Virus record (IMG/VR): IMGVR_UViG_3300032322_001765
Coordinates: 1 to 64,000 of that record
Length of the DNA: 64,000 nucleotides
Strand: one strand, 5' to 3'
The notes beneath the pieces are model-generated. The model made no database searches, had not been told where the DNA came from, and worked only from the letters and a program-made list of their open reading frames with translations. Within the stretch, counting starts at the first letter, position 1, and each line of letters opens with the position of its first letter. Below are positions 47,947 to 57,588 of the stretch, one piece after another. Made by a program: the position numbers and the translations under genes.

Positions 47947-50900
47947 TTAATCTAAAGGCAGATTTGATCCCAAAGAGTTATAGTACTTTTGTCGGGCTTT
48001 TTCTGCATCATCTATGGCTGAATAAAAATCCTTTTCTATCTTTAACAATTGATCTTTAGATAAAGTTCCATTATTAAATGCTTCTTGCGCATTTTTATAA
48101 GCTTCTTTTTTAGCATTTACAACATTTTGAGCAGAGTTTGCACTCGACAATGTTGATGCGTTAGGTTGCGGTGAACTATTTTTGTTTGTTGATGCTACTG
48201 TTGATTTAACAGGTGAAGGTATCTTACTATTGCCTAATAAACTCTTACTTTGATTCGCTAATCCTTGATTATTAAATGTATTATTTGCTACAGTTGGTGC
48301 TTTTATATCGATTGCACCAGGTGTTCCTGCTGAGGCTAACTGAGATTCAAACTCTTGAATTTCAGTATCAGATAACCCTGTTGTCGCTAAAGCATTAACC
48401 GATCCACTGTTTTTTGCCAAATCTGTAGATAATTCATTGACTTCGGCTTTAACTCCCTGTTTACCTTTAAATAAATTAGAAGCAACATTTTTAATCTTAT
48501 CCCCTAATTTTCCTATCGTTAATGGTTCTTGTCCCTTATCTAATATTTTTGCTGTTATTGCTAAACCACCGGCAACCTTAGCTAAGTTAGAAGCCGAAGC
48601 TGCCGGGCCACCGGCAAGTAAGCTAGTTGTCATTAACGCATCTGCAACACTAACATTACTTAAACTATTTTTCACTTTATCAGTAAAATTAGATTTATTT
48701 TGTTGTTCTGCCCCCAACGCATCACTAGATGTTTGTTTTGGTTTCTCTGCTGTACTATTTGCCGCATCTAAATTTTGTGGTTTATTGGCTGTGAGTTTTT
48801 TCAATGATCCTGTTATTTTACTCCAAACACTAGCCGCTGCTCCTTGTACGCTGCTACCTACTTTTTTAAGTAGACCGCCTAATCCTGTATTTTGTTTGTC
48901 TGCTAAATTAGCCGCTGCATTACCTCCGGCAATTAATTTAGTTGGATCATTGTTAGATGCTGATAATTTTGATGTTCCTATATTCGCAAAGTTTGACCCA
49001 CTGCCTATAGCAGAGGCTTTTAAAACATCAAGTGTTGGTCCTACCCCTACTGTAGCACCTGCTAATACTAAACCGCCTATTTGTCCTGAACTTTCTTTAC
49101 CTGTTATTGCACCTGCTTGTATGAGTGCTTGTTCGCTATTGCCTAATACATCAGCCGCCGCAACAGATTGAGCGGATGCGTTGTTTATTAAATCACCACT
49201 CTGTGCTATACCATTCTTTCCAGTAAAGACATTTGGAGGCATTGCTTGCTCTATTGTTTTGCCATTACTTATTGCTGTGTTAACCGCTACCGAACTACCT
49301 GGTTTCAAATAACCTGCTTCTTCTAGTTGAGTTGGTGTTAGTGCTAAAGAACCAATACTTGCTACTTTTTGACCGTTAATATCAACTACTCCTGCTGAAC
49401 TGCGTACTGCATTTGCGCTTGGTCCATTAGCTGCATCTACTGCCATTTGAGAAACTAGGGCAGTAGTAGTCACTTTATCCAGAGGATTGCCAACTGGATT
49501 CAAATTAGGAACAGTGGCCATTACCGCCGGTGACGTTACTGGAGTAGGAGTTCCAACTACAGATTGGTTTAGTTGTTGGACATTTTCACTTGGTGGGGAA
49601 GGAAAGTTTGCACTAGCCGACATATTGACCTTTACATCGACGCCTTGGTTTCCATTAGCCCATGGTTGATGTGCAGGTGCTCTGCTAACAATACTTGATA
49701 ATTTACCGGGAGCAGGTAAATAACCTTTTGAATCATCATATAAAGTATCGGTGTGAGCTATGATAGGCAACTGTTTAACTTCTTCGGGCACTAGTGAACT
49801 TGCTCCTGTGTTTAAATGAACATTAGGTCCACCATTTAGGTAGTTTGTTTTATCACTTTTTATACTACTATCATCTTTACTATATAAACTCATTTTTGAG
49901 TTTACTTTTAATGTATAATTATTTTTAACAAAGCCTTTATAATCGGTTCCAACAAACTGTGAAGTGGCCTGTAAACTTTCCATATTAATATTTTCTGCAC
50001 TAATATTCAAATTCTTTTTAGCATTTACGTTAATGTTATTGTCCGCATGTAAATTCAAGTCACCCTGTGTTCTGATATTAACGCTATTGGTAGCGTACAT
50101 ATCTATTGTGCCTTCTTTACCTAATTCTACCCATGACTGACCATTAGCGTGTATTATGAATAACGTTTCAGCAGAATCATTCATTAATAACATGTGACCC
50201 TGTGATGTTCGTAATCTAAGCAATTTATTATTGCCATCATAATCACCATCATCTAATATTAAACTGTGTCCACCGGTTCTTCCAATAACAGCAAATTGCT
50301 CATCAGGAATGCTACTATCATTTATTGCTTCACTTAATGTTTTACTACCCGAACCGTTAAAACCACCTGCATAAATAGGGCTGCCGGGTGTGCTTAGTCC
50401 GAACACATGACTAGGGCTTTCTCGCATTGCACTACTCGAAATAGTACCTCGTACGGTGTCTCTAATCAATCCCTGTACATTTAAAATAGCAGCTTGATAA
50501 CTATGAATTGGTCTAGCAATTTTAGGAAGTTCGGGAGTATTTTCATATTCAGCGTTAGCGTCATTTAATTCTGTTACCGGTAAGCTTGTGGCGCCACCGT
50601 AACTATCAGCTTCACCCTCATTTGGTATAATATTTTTACTTGATCCTATTCCAGGCACCATGTGTATAAGTGCAGGAGGAGGAATAGATGCTATGTAATA
50701 ACCTAAATCAGGTTGACCATTGATGAAAAAACAAATTACTTGAGTATTAATATCAGGTGGCGTGGCCCAAAAACCATAACTGTTTCTGTTACCTACAAAC
50801 GTTCCATCACCATTATTACTTGCTGTATTTTGTGTGTATCCAAAGAAGGGGCTGGCATAATTGACCCAAGTCCAGTTATCAGGATCATCTTGATCGGGCC

Positions 50901-51063
50901 CATTTAGTCTGTCCAAATAAACTTGGATTTTTCCTGATCGCAAAGGATCAATATTGTTTTTTACAATGCCTATAATAGGATGATCGTATGTGACGCTACC
51001 GCCACGATTATCCTTAAAAATATTAAATACACCCCGTTGCTTTATAAGGTCTTCATTTGCCAT
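47947..51063 (-). CDS. Baseplate central spike, gp5/VgrG-like, with long C-terminal extension
   Basis: OB-fold motif (GIVKNNIDP...GK.QV...W...PF.G...GFW..PPD..TQV) and beta-helix repeats (RT.GGHSLILDD, HM.LMND). Confidence 0.8.
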   Translation of the reverse strand: MANEDLIKQRGVFNIFKDNRGGSVTYDHPIIGIVKNNIDPLRSGKIQVYLDRLNGPDQDDPDNWTWVNYASPFFGYTQNTASNNGDGTFVGNRNSYGFWATPPDINTQVICFFINGQPDLGYYIASIPPPALIHMVPGIGSSKNIIPNEGEADSYGGATSLPVTELNDANAEYENTPELPKIARPIHSYQAAILNVQGLIRDTVRGTISSSAMRESPSHVFGLSTPGSPIYAGGFNGSGSKTLSEAINDSSIPDEQFAVIGRTGGHSLILDDGDYDGNNKLLRLRTSQGHMLLMNDSAETLFIIHANGQSWVELGKEGTIDMYATNSVNIRTQGDLNLHADNNINVNAKKNLNISAENINMESLQATSQFVGTDYKGFVKNNYTLKVNSKMSLYSKDDSSIKSDKTNYLNGGPNVHLNTGASSLVPEEVKQLPIIAHTDTLYDDSKGYLPAPGKLSSIVSRAPAHQPWANGNQGVDVKVNMSASANFPSPPSENVQQLNQSVVGTPTPVTSPAVMATVPNLNPVGNPLDKVTTTALVSQMAVDAANGPSANAVRSSAGVVDINGQKVASIGSLALTPTQLEEAGYLKPGSSVAVNTAISNGKTIEQAMPPNVFTGKNGIAQSGDLINNASAQSVAAADVLGNSEQALIQAGAITGKESSGQIGGLVLAGATVGVGPTLDVLKASAIGSGSNFANIGTSKLSASNNDPTKLIAGGNAAANLADKQNTGLGGLLKKVGSSVQGAAASVWSKITGSLKKLTANKPQNLDAANSTAEKPKQTSSDALGAEQQNKSNFTDKVKNSLSNVSVADALMTTSLLAGGPAASASNLAKVAGGLAITAKILDKGQEPLTIGKLGDKIKNVASNLFKGKQGVKAEVNELSTDLAKNSGSVNALATTGLSDTEIQEFESQLASAGTPGAIDIKAPTVANNTFNNQGLANQSKSLLGNSKIPSPVKSTVASTNKNSSPQPNASTLSSANSAQNVVNAKKEAYKNAQEAFNNGTLSKDQLLKIEKDFYSAIDDAEKARQKYYNSLGSNLPLD

Positions 51064-51065
51064 AA

Positions 51066-53513
51066 TTAAAATCTAATATTAAGAATTTCTACTTGTCCTT
51101 GATAACTGTCATCATCAGCAGTTACATTTGTTCTTCCTGCGCCACCTGCATTATTAGCGTTACCGGCAGCAACATTTGTTAATTCAACCGTGTTGTTGTT
51201 ATTTGTAGGTGATACTGGATTATTCTGAATAGAGGCTAATATATTAGCTCTTGTTTGTTCTGCGGTTGAAGCCTGTCCCCTAGCAGTAAAGACTTCTCTT
51301 TGAGGCTCTGCAACTGGCGGTGGTGCATTTTGGCTTGAATTAGTAAAGCCCGGTGAAGCATTTGATGTGTTTACGGATACTGCATTTTTCTGAATTGTTG
51401 ATACAATATTTGCCTTCTTTTCTTCTGCTGTTGAAACTTTTTCTCTTGCTGTCTTATTAGTAGATGAAGGGTTCTTTGTTTTTGCGAAATCAGGTAACAC
51501 TGATTTTAAATCTTGTGTGAATACGCCATTGTTAAATTTACTGGAAACCCGTGTTACCATGTATATCATTCTGCCTTCAGATTGTACCTCAATATCAGGA
51601 GTATAGTTCCAAAACTTTACATTATTTTTTGGTTCTAATAATCCAGACTGTATGTTATAATCTTGAACTTCATTAAATCCTATTTCGATAAACACTTGAC
51701 CAGTATTAGCATTAATAGAATAATCTGGTCCATACCATTTGTTTAATGCATCTGATAAACTACCGGCTTCCACTGGCATTAAAAAATCAGGATCACCCAA
51801 TATTTTAATGTTTGCTTTTAATTGATCCGCTGGGCTATATAAAAAGGTTTTAACTGTATTTTGTAACTCATTAGTGCCAGGAAGTTTTCCCATTGGATTA
51901 CTATTTGTAGCTGGTAATACCGCGTTTGGTGCACTGTCACTATTTTCTTCAATTAGTCCACCTTCACTACTTAAAACTTGTGTATTAAAATACAAAAGAT
52001 TATAGGACATTTCATAAGCTAATACTTCTGTGTTTTGTCCAGTATACCAATATTTGTATACCTTACTTGGTCCATAATATCCTGTTTGCAATTGTAGGGC
52101 TAAAGAACGCAAATAAGGAACGCTGTAGGGTTGGATCAAATATGTTATTTCATATGCGTAATCGTTTCTTAAAGGATCAAAGTCGATTATTTTTACCTGA
52201 GGTTTTACGATATACCATTGAAATCCTTTTTTAGTATTTGCTCCTTCTTTTTTGGTATCTTCTAGTGTTGATTCTTCTGGTTTGGTTGGTGCTGTTTCTT
52301 CCTTGTCAAAGAATACCATACTATCTCTAAGATATGTACTTTGACCTATAATTTGATCAATCGCACCTAACACCGACAAACCAGTACCTAAATTTATTTG
52401 TCTTAATTCTTTTTTTATCGTCTGTGATTTAAAGTAAGCTGTTCTATCATTTACCGCTTGCACTTTATCCACTAAGGTTGTAGGAGTATAAGCTTTAGTA
52501 TAAAAATCTTCATTAACTATACTTGAAGATCCAATAGTGCTATTTGGTGCAAATACTACCTTATATACATCTGCGATTTTTTGCTTTGGTTTTCCTTTTT
52601 GAGGACTGACATGTTCTTTTTGTAAATTATTAAAGACATCAAATAAACCTTTTGTTTGTCCTGGTTTAGTGTCTTGACCTCCCAAAGCATTCGCTACCGT
52701 ATCGGCAACAATTGACATAGGTTTAGGTATCACTCCTCTTTTTAAAGAGTATCCAATTTGTTCATTTAACATTTTTGCTTCAATATCATAAACAGTTGCT
52801 TTATTTTCTAGTTTAAATGACATTTTAGTGAGGACAATAGGAAACGCACGTTCAAACGCTGCGGTACTGTCTGTTTTAGTATACGAAGGTGTTGCAGGTG
52901 CATCTATGGGTTTAGTGACTACATTTCCATTTTCGTCATAACCATAAAATCTTACAACAAGTAGGTAAGGACAAAGTAAAGCATCAGTTTGATTTTCTAT
53001 TGGTCTCTTAATTTTCGCTTTTTTCTGTGCTTCTTCTTGTGCGGCAACTAATCTGCTAGGAAAACTCATCGCATAAGGTTCAATTATTTGAAACTTAACG
53101 TTAGAAACATTACCAGCTACCATTGATTCTTTACCATTTGTCAATGTAGTTATTTCTAGATTATCTATAAAAAAATCTAAATCAAAAAATTTATTCTTAG
53201 GTGTAGAGGGAGAGTTTACTGGTGCACCTGCGCTTTGCACTAATAACTCCATATCTTTTAATAACCACTTACCATTAACAAAATAACTATTGTAACTGTC
53301 CGCGTTTAAAGCATACAAACTTATTCTATAAGTAACACTACTAAATTTACTTAAAGGATTGTATTGTCTTTTATTGGGCTTATCTAATTCAAAGCTTTCT
53401 GGACTAGCAGTAACAACTACATCAGGTAATCTGCCTTCTGTTTTTGTAGGATTATTGTTTGTTCTATTGAAGTTATTATCGTCTTGAGTCTGATTTTGAG
53501 AAACCTCTGCCAT
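51066..53513 (-). CDS. Baseplate hub protein (probable gp27-like)
   Basis: Lies between the gp53-like and gp5-like genes. YNPL..F.S.TY.ISLY, Y.YWYTG.N.EV and I.GDP.F motifs. Confidence 0.55.
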   Translation of the reverse strand: MAEVSQNQTQDDNNFNRTNNNPTKTEGRLPDVVVTASPESFELDKPNKRQYNPLSKFSSVTYRISLYALNADSYNSYFVNGKWLLKDMELLVQSAGAPVNSPSTPKNKFFDLDFFIDNLEITTLTNGKESMVAGNVSNVKFQIIEPYAMSFPSRLVAAQEEAQKKAKIKRPIENQTDALLCPYLLVVRFYGYDENGNVVTKPIDAPATPSYTKTDSTAAFERAFPIVLTKMSFKLENKATVYDIEAKMLNEQIGYSLKRGVIPKPMSIVADTVANALGGQDTKPGQTKGLFDVFNNLQKEHVSPQKGKPKQKIADVYKVVFAPNSTIGSSSIVNEDFYTKAYTPTTLVDKVQAVNDRTAYFKSQTIKKELRQINLGTGLSVLGAIDQIIGQSTYLRDSMVFFDKEETAPTKPEESTLEDTKKEGANTKKGFQWYIVKPQVKIIDFDPLRNDYAYEITYLIQPYSVPYLRSLALQLQTGYYGPSKVYKYWYTGQNTEVLAYEMSYNLLYFNTQVLSSEGGLIEENSDSAPNAVLPATNSNPMGKLPGTNELQNTVKTFLYSPADQLKANIKILGDPDFLMPVEAGSLSDALNKWYGPDYSINANTGQVFIEIGFNEVQDYNIQSGLLEPKNNVKFWNYTPDIEVQSEGRMIYMVTRVSSKFNNGVFTQDLKSVLPDFAKTKNPSSTNKTAREKVSTAEEKKANIVSTIQKNAVSVNTSNASPGFTNSSQNAPPPVAEPQREVFTARGQASTAEQTRANILASIQNNPVSPTNNNNTVELTNVAAGNANNAGGAGRTNVTADDDSYQGQVEILNIRF

Positions 53514-53531
53514 AAGTTTATTCCATTAAAA

Positions 53532-53831
53532 TTAAAAACCTAAAGCCGCTTTCAGATTTGGCAATTGCGGAATATAGATGTACTTTCCTGCAACAAAATC
53601 AAATAAAGGATCTTTAAGCGTATTGGGATTTCTTTGAGAAAATACCCACCACAATTCACTGTCGCCATACAAATCATATGCCAATAAATCAGGTCTTAAA
53701 TTATAAGTTTGATTTATTTGCCAATAGCTATCTTGAGGATCAACCGGAATAGGTCGATTTACCATAACATCAAGAAATTGCCTATTAAAAACTTGTGTCA
53801 AATAATACGGACTTGTTTGCGGATAAGACAT
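53532..53831 (-). CDS. Baseplate wedge protein, T4 gp53-like (LysM-like)
   Basis: Y.I...Y..RPDLLAYDLYG...LWWVF. The TAATG overlap gives a start at 53831. Confidence 0.85.
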   Translation of the reverse strand: MSYPQTSPYYLTQVFNRQFLDVMVNRPIPVDPQDSYWQINQTYNLRPDLLAYDLYGDSELWWVFSQRNPNTLKDPLFDFVAGKYIYIPQLPNLKAALGF

Positions 53832-55528
53832 TACCAAAAACCTCCTCTATAGAGTGTACCTTTTGCATAGTTAGCAACACTAAATTTTTGAGAAGTGTTA
53901 TATCTAGTGACAATAGGTATACATGTCAATGAAATAGTTAATTTAGTTGGAACATAAGTTACATCTTTGTTTGATAAATGTCCGCTAAAAGTAGGTTCTT
54001 CAGAAATGCCGCCCGGCGTTAACCCACTATTTCTTACCCTAAACCAACTTTTTATTGTACCAGAAAACGAAGTTGGTTTAGGTTCTTTTGTCTTTTTGGG
54101 TATATAAAATGCGTTACTCTGACCTTCATATAAATTAGGGTTTCCAGCACGAATATAATCTACATCGTTCGGTAATGTATAAGAAAATTGACTAACTAAT
54201 AAAGGATGATCTTTGTATTGATCGGGTCCATATCCAAACAAATAACAAAGTGGCGGTGGATTACCTGCTGCAGGACCAATAGTGCCGTTAGGATCTTGAC
54301 CATAAAACATTTTAGTAACCGTTCTAAAAAAATGTATCATAGCTAAAACATAATTTGCTTCACCTGTACTTTGTGCAGTAAAATCTGCTGTAATTTGTAT
54401 TTCATCTACAGAACTATTTTTGTAAAAATACTGTTTGTAATTACTATGTATTATATCTACTGATTCATAATTTGCTCGATATGAATTTGTAATTTGAGGT
54501 GTGTATGGAAAAACAACACCGTCTGTATCTCTTAATGGATATAAGATATCGCCGGGTTCTGCTAAATTATATAGATATGTTGCGTTTGATGCCAATGATA
54601 ATCTAACACGCCAATCCAATCCTTGGTACAACGCTTCTCTTGCTATAACACCACCGGTTGCTCTTGCTGCATCCACGCTTGCAGCAGTTGGTGCAGGTAA
54701 TGTTTCAGTAATTGTTCCGCCCTGAAAATCATTTCTAGTAACACGTTGAGTTCCATCAGCAAATGTTTCTATGATTGAACCATCTTCAAACGTTTCGGAT
54801 TTTACCGGTATTGGTGTAGGAGTTTGAATTTTGATTGCATTTAAAACACTTTGATTAGTTTGTGCAACATAACTTTCAGCCGGTGTCGGTGCTCCTATAG
54901 CACTCAATACGCTGGCGTTTGTTGCTTGATTAAATTGTGCCGATGGCACTTCAAGTCGTCCTACGACTGTCGGCTGAGTAACTATTGTTCCTAATACATT
55001 TTGATTTGTTTGTTGTACGTAGGCTTCACCTACGTTTGGTGCGCCAATAGATTTTAATACTTGATTATTCGTATTACGGTTATAACTCTCAGCAGTTTGT
55101 GAGTTAAAGTTTTGTACAGGGTTTGAAGTTAATGGAACTGAATCCGTTGGACTTTGACCCGGTGTATTAGTAGCGGGCGGCGGCACAGAGTTGTTAACCG
55201 CTTGTTGTCTAGCCTGTTGAGTAAGTGATGCTGAATACGCTCTTTCCGCTTGGGCAAGTTCTGCTTGTGATGCATCATATGCTGATCGATAATCTTGCTC
55301 CAGTTTTGCAGCATCATTAGTTGCTTGTCTTGCAGTCTCATATGCTTGTTGATTCGCTGGCGTGGGATTAGCAAAAAATGCTTCTTCTGCTCGGTCTTGT
55401 TTGTTTTGTAGTAATTCTTTTACATTAGTTGCAGACTGCAAGCCTTTCAAATTTTCTGCCGAATTGGTTTCGGCAGCAGCTAATTGATTTCTGTTATTTT
55501 GTACTGCAATGTCCCATTGATTAGCCAT
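53831..55528 (-). CDS. Baseplate-tail tube junction protein (gp48/gp54-like) with long N-terminal extension
   Basis: C-terminal GVVFPYTP.I, I.I.A.FT.Q...EA.Y.LA..HF.R..TKM.YG and PP...L.GYG tube-fold motifs. Start at ATG 55528 (MANQW). Confidence 0.6.
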   Translation of the reverse strand: MANQWDIAVQNNRNQLAAAETNSAENLKGLQSATNVKELLQNKQDRAEEAFFANPTPANQQAYETARQATNDAAKLEQDYRSAYDASQAELAQAERAYSASLTQQARQQAVNNSVPPPATNTPGQSPTDSVPLTSNPVQNFNSQTAESYNRNTNNQVLKSIGAPNVGEAYVQQTNQNVLGTIVTQPTVVGRLEVPSAQFNQATNASVLSAIGAPTPAESYVAQTNQSVLNAIKIQTPTPIPVKSETFEDGSIIETFADGTQRVTRNDFQGGTITETLPAPTAASVDAARATGGVIAREALYQGLDWRVRLSLASNATYLYNLAEPGDILYPLRDTDGVVFPYTPQITNSYRANYESVDIIHSNYKQYFYKNSSVDEIQITADFTAQSTGEANYVLAMIHFFRTVTKMFYGQDPNGTIGPAAGNPPPLCYLFGYGPDQYKDHPLLVSQFSYTLPNDVDYIRAGNPNLYEGQSNAFYIPKKTKEPKPTSFSGTIKSWFRVRNSGLTPGGISEEPTFSGHLSNKDVTYVPTKLTISLTCIPIVTRYNTSQKFSVANYAKGTLYRGGFW

Positions 55529-55540
55529 TATTTTACCCTT

Positions 55541-55556
55541 GATAAATATATTTATC
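55541..55556. promoter_or_regulatory. Perfect 16-bp palindrome made of two back-to-back late-promoter boxes
   Basis: GATAAATA-TATTTATC at the divergence point between the baseplate and gp55 operons. Confidence 0.7.
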
Positions 55557-55588
55557 TGCACAAAAACACCCTATTTTTACCATAACCG

Positions 55589-55617
55589 TTGCAATTCTGT
55601 CAACGTTATACTATACT
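55589..55617 (+). promoter_or_regulatory. sigma70-type promoter for the gp55-like gene
   Basis: TTGCAA (55589-55594)-17-TATACT (55612-55617). Confidence 0.7.
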
Positions 55618-55642
55618 TTTCACAACAAATTTACGGAGAACT

Positions 55643-56530
55643 ATGAGCCTCACACCAAAAAAACCTGTCAATTATTTGAATAATAAAGACATTTTAAAAG
55701 AGATACACTACAGTAAAAACACCTATTGTAGCTATAAAAACCCAGAAAAAGATCACAAATATGATTTAATAATCGATCACCCAAATGATCCATTGAAAAA
55801 ATGCTTTGATTTTTGTCTGAAGCGTGATGCTTTAAAACAGGCTAAAGAAAATCGGGCAGCTAGAATATTTGTAGAAACAGGGGAAAAAGTGGATATTAAA
55901 AATATCCCAGAAACTGATTTGGTGTTTAGAATCATGACCTGGGATCATATACCTGTGGCTCCTAAGCAACCTAGAAAGGTAGATAAAAAGAAAACTGCAA
56001 AGGATATATTCGATTTTGAAGATGATACTGAAACTTTTGAGGATTTAGAAGATGTATCCGGCGGCGATATCGACGATATGGTACATGTCAAAGTTAATTT
56101 TCCTCCGTTTCAACATTTTAGAATGGATAAAAATAGAACCTTTCGTTGTATAGGCAAAAGCCATTGGATGGGAAATATGACTGATGGTGAATTTAGCAAA
56201 GAACACGGAAACATCACTGACAAACTAGCACGTATGTACATTATGATGTGTGAAAAATATGCCATGAAATTTAATTGGCGTGGGTACACATATAATGATG
56301 AAATGCGTAATAGTGCTATTCTTCAATTAACCTACGTAGGGTTGCGATTTAACGAAGCCAAATCTCAAAACCCATTTGCATATTATACGGCAGCAATTAC
56401 CAATAGTTTTTGCCGTGTACTAAACAGTGAAAAACGTAATCAAAACATACGTGATGACATATTAGAAATAAATGGATTAAATCCTAGTTGGACTCGTCAA
56501 GGTCAAGTTAGCATGTCATACGAAGAATAA
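55643..56530 (+). CDS. Late-transcription sigma factor, T4 gp55-like
   Basis: NYLNNKD, NW.GYTY..EM...A, F...KS.NPFAY.T....NSF.R....EK. GGAG RBS before ATG 55643. Located directly upstream of gp47/gp46 as in T4. Confidence 0.85.
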   Translation: MSLTPKKPVNYLNNKDILKEIHYSKNTYCSYKNPEKDHKYDLIIDHPNDPLKKCFDFCLKRDALKQAKENRAARIFVETGEKVDIKNIPETDLVFRIMTWDHIPVAPKQPRKVDKKKTAKDIFDFEDDTETFEDLEDVSGGDIDDMVHVKVNFPPFQHFRMDKNRTFRCIGKSHWMGNMTDGEFSKEHGNITDKLARMYIMMCEKYAMKFNWRGYTYNDEMRNSAILQLTYVGLRFNEAKSQNPFAYYTAAITNSFCRVLNSEKRNQNIRDDILEINGLNPSWTRQGQVSMSYEE

Positions 56531-56539
56531 CCTTTTATA

Positions 56540-56568
56540 TTGTCATTTTACAAAATTTAGATTAAACT
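56540..56568 (+). promoter_or_regulatory. sigma70-type promoter (leaderless spacing)
   Basis: TTGTCA-17-TAAACT, with ATG 56575 6 nt downstream. Confidence 0.55.
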
Positions 56569-56574
56569 TACTGG

Positions 56575-57588
56575 ATGAATAACCTTTTTAAAAAAGCAGC
56601 ACTGTTTACAGATATACATTTTGGTCTTAAGACAAATAGTTTACAACACAATCAAGATTGCGCCAATTTTATCGATTGGTTCATAAGTGAGGCTAAAAAA
56701 GAAAATTGTGAAACTTGTTTCTTTTTAGGAGACTGGCATCATCATAGAGCAAGTATTAATTTACATACTCTACAGTTTAGTTTAAATGCTATCGAGAAGT
56801 TAAGTCAAAATTTTGACAGGGTATTTTTTATACCAGGTAATCACGATTTATACTATCGTGACAGGCGAGACATACATTCAGTTGAGTGGGCTAAACATTT
56901 ACAAAACATAACTTTAGTAAATGATTGGTACACTCAAGGAGATGTCACTATTGCGCCATGGTTAGTACAAGACGATTACAAAAAACTGAAGAAATTAAAT
57001 GGCAAATATTTGTTTGGTCATTTTGAATTACCACACTTCTATATGAACGCTATGGTAGAGATGCCAGACCATGGTGAACTTAACGAATCTCACTTAGGCG
57101 GATTCGATAAAGTATTCAGTGGTCATTTTCACAAAAGACAAGCAAGAAAAAATATTTGGTATATGGGAAATGCTTTTCCACACAACTATGCTGATGCGGG
57201 TGATGATGCACGTGGTATGATGATATTAGAATGGGGTGAAGAACCAGTATTTAAATCATGGCCTAGACAACCATTGTATCGAGTGTATAAACTAAGTGAA
57301 GTATTAGAAAATCCAGAAGGCTTATTATTAATTGATAGTCACGTTCGTGTTCATTTAGATATCGATATTAGTTATGAAGAAGCTAATTTTATTAGAGAAA
57401 CACTTATACCAGAACATAAATTAAGAGAAATGACATTAATACCTATGAAGCTTGATCAAATTGAACAACAAGGATTTGAAGGATTGCAGTTTGAATCTGT
57501 GGATCAAATTGTTATTGATCAAATTAATGCGATAGAATCCGCAGCATTTGATAAGAAAATATTGTTGGACATTTATAATAATCTATGA
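56575..57588 (+). CDS. Recombination nuclease, T4 gp47/SbcD/Mre11-like
   Basis: TDIHFG, LGDW, GNHD and SGHFH phosphoesterase motifs. Confidence 0.92.
   Translation: MNNLFKKAALFTDIHFGLKTNSLQHNQDCANFIDWFISEAKKENCETCFFLGDWHHHRASINLHTLQFSLNAIEKLSQNFDRVFFIPGNHDLYYRDRRDIHSVEWAKHLQNITLVNDWYTQGDVTIAPWLVQDDYKKLKKLNGKYLFGHFELPHFYMNAMVEMPDHGELNESHLGGFDKVFSGHFHKRQARKNIWYMGNAFPHNYADAGDDARGMMILEWGEEPVFKSWPRQPLYRVYKLSEVLENPEGLLLIDSHVRVHLDIDISYEEANFIRETLIPEHKLREMTLIPMKLDQIEQQGFEGLQFESVDQIVIDQINAIESAAFDKKILLDIYNNL

Noticed and set aside
48437-49171. 244-aa plus-strand ORF antisense to the spike gene, and similar shadows (1287-1814, 1732-1947, 26963-27337, 58979-59341, 62831-63196)
   Set aside because: These are antisense shadows of real genes with codon-mirror composition and no initiation signals.
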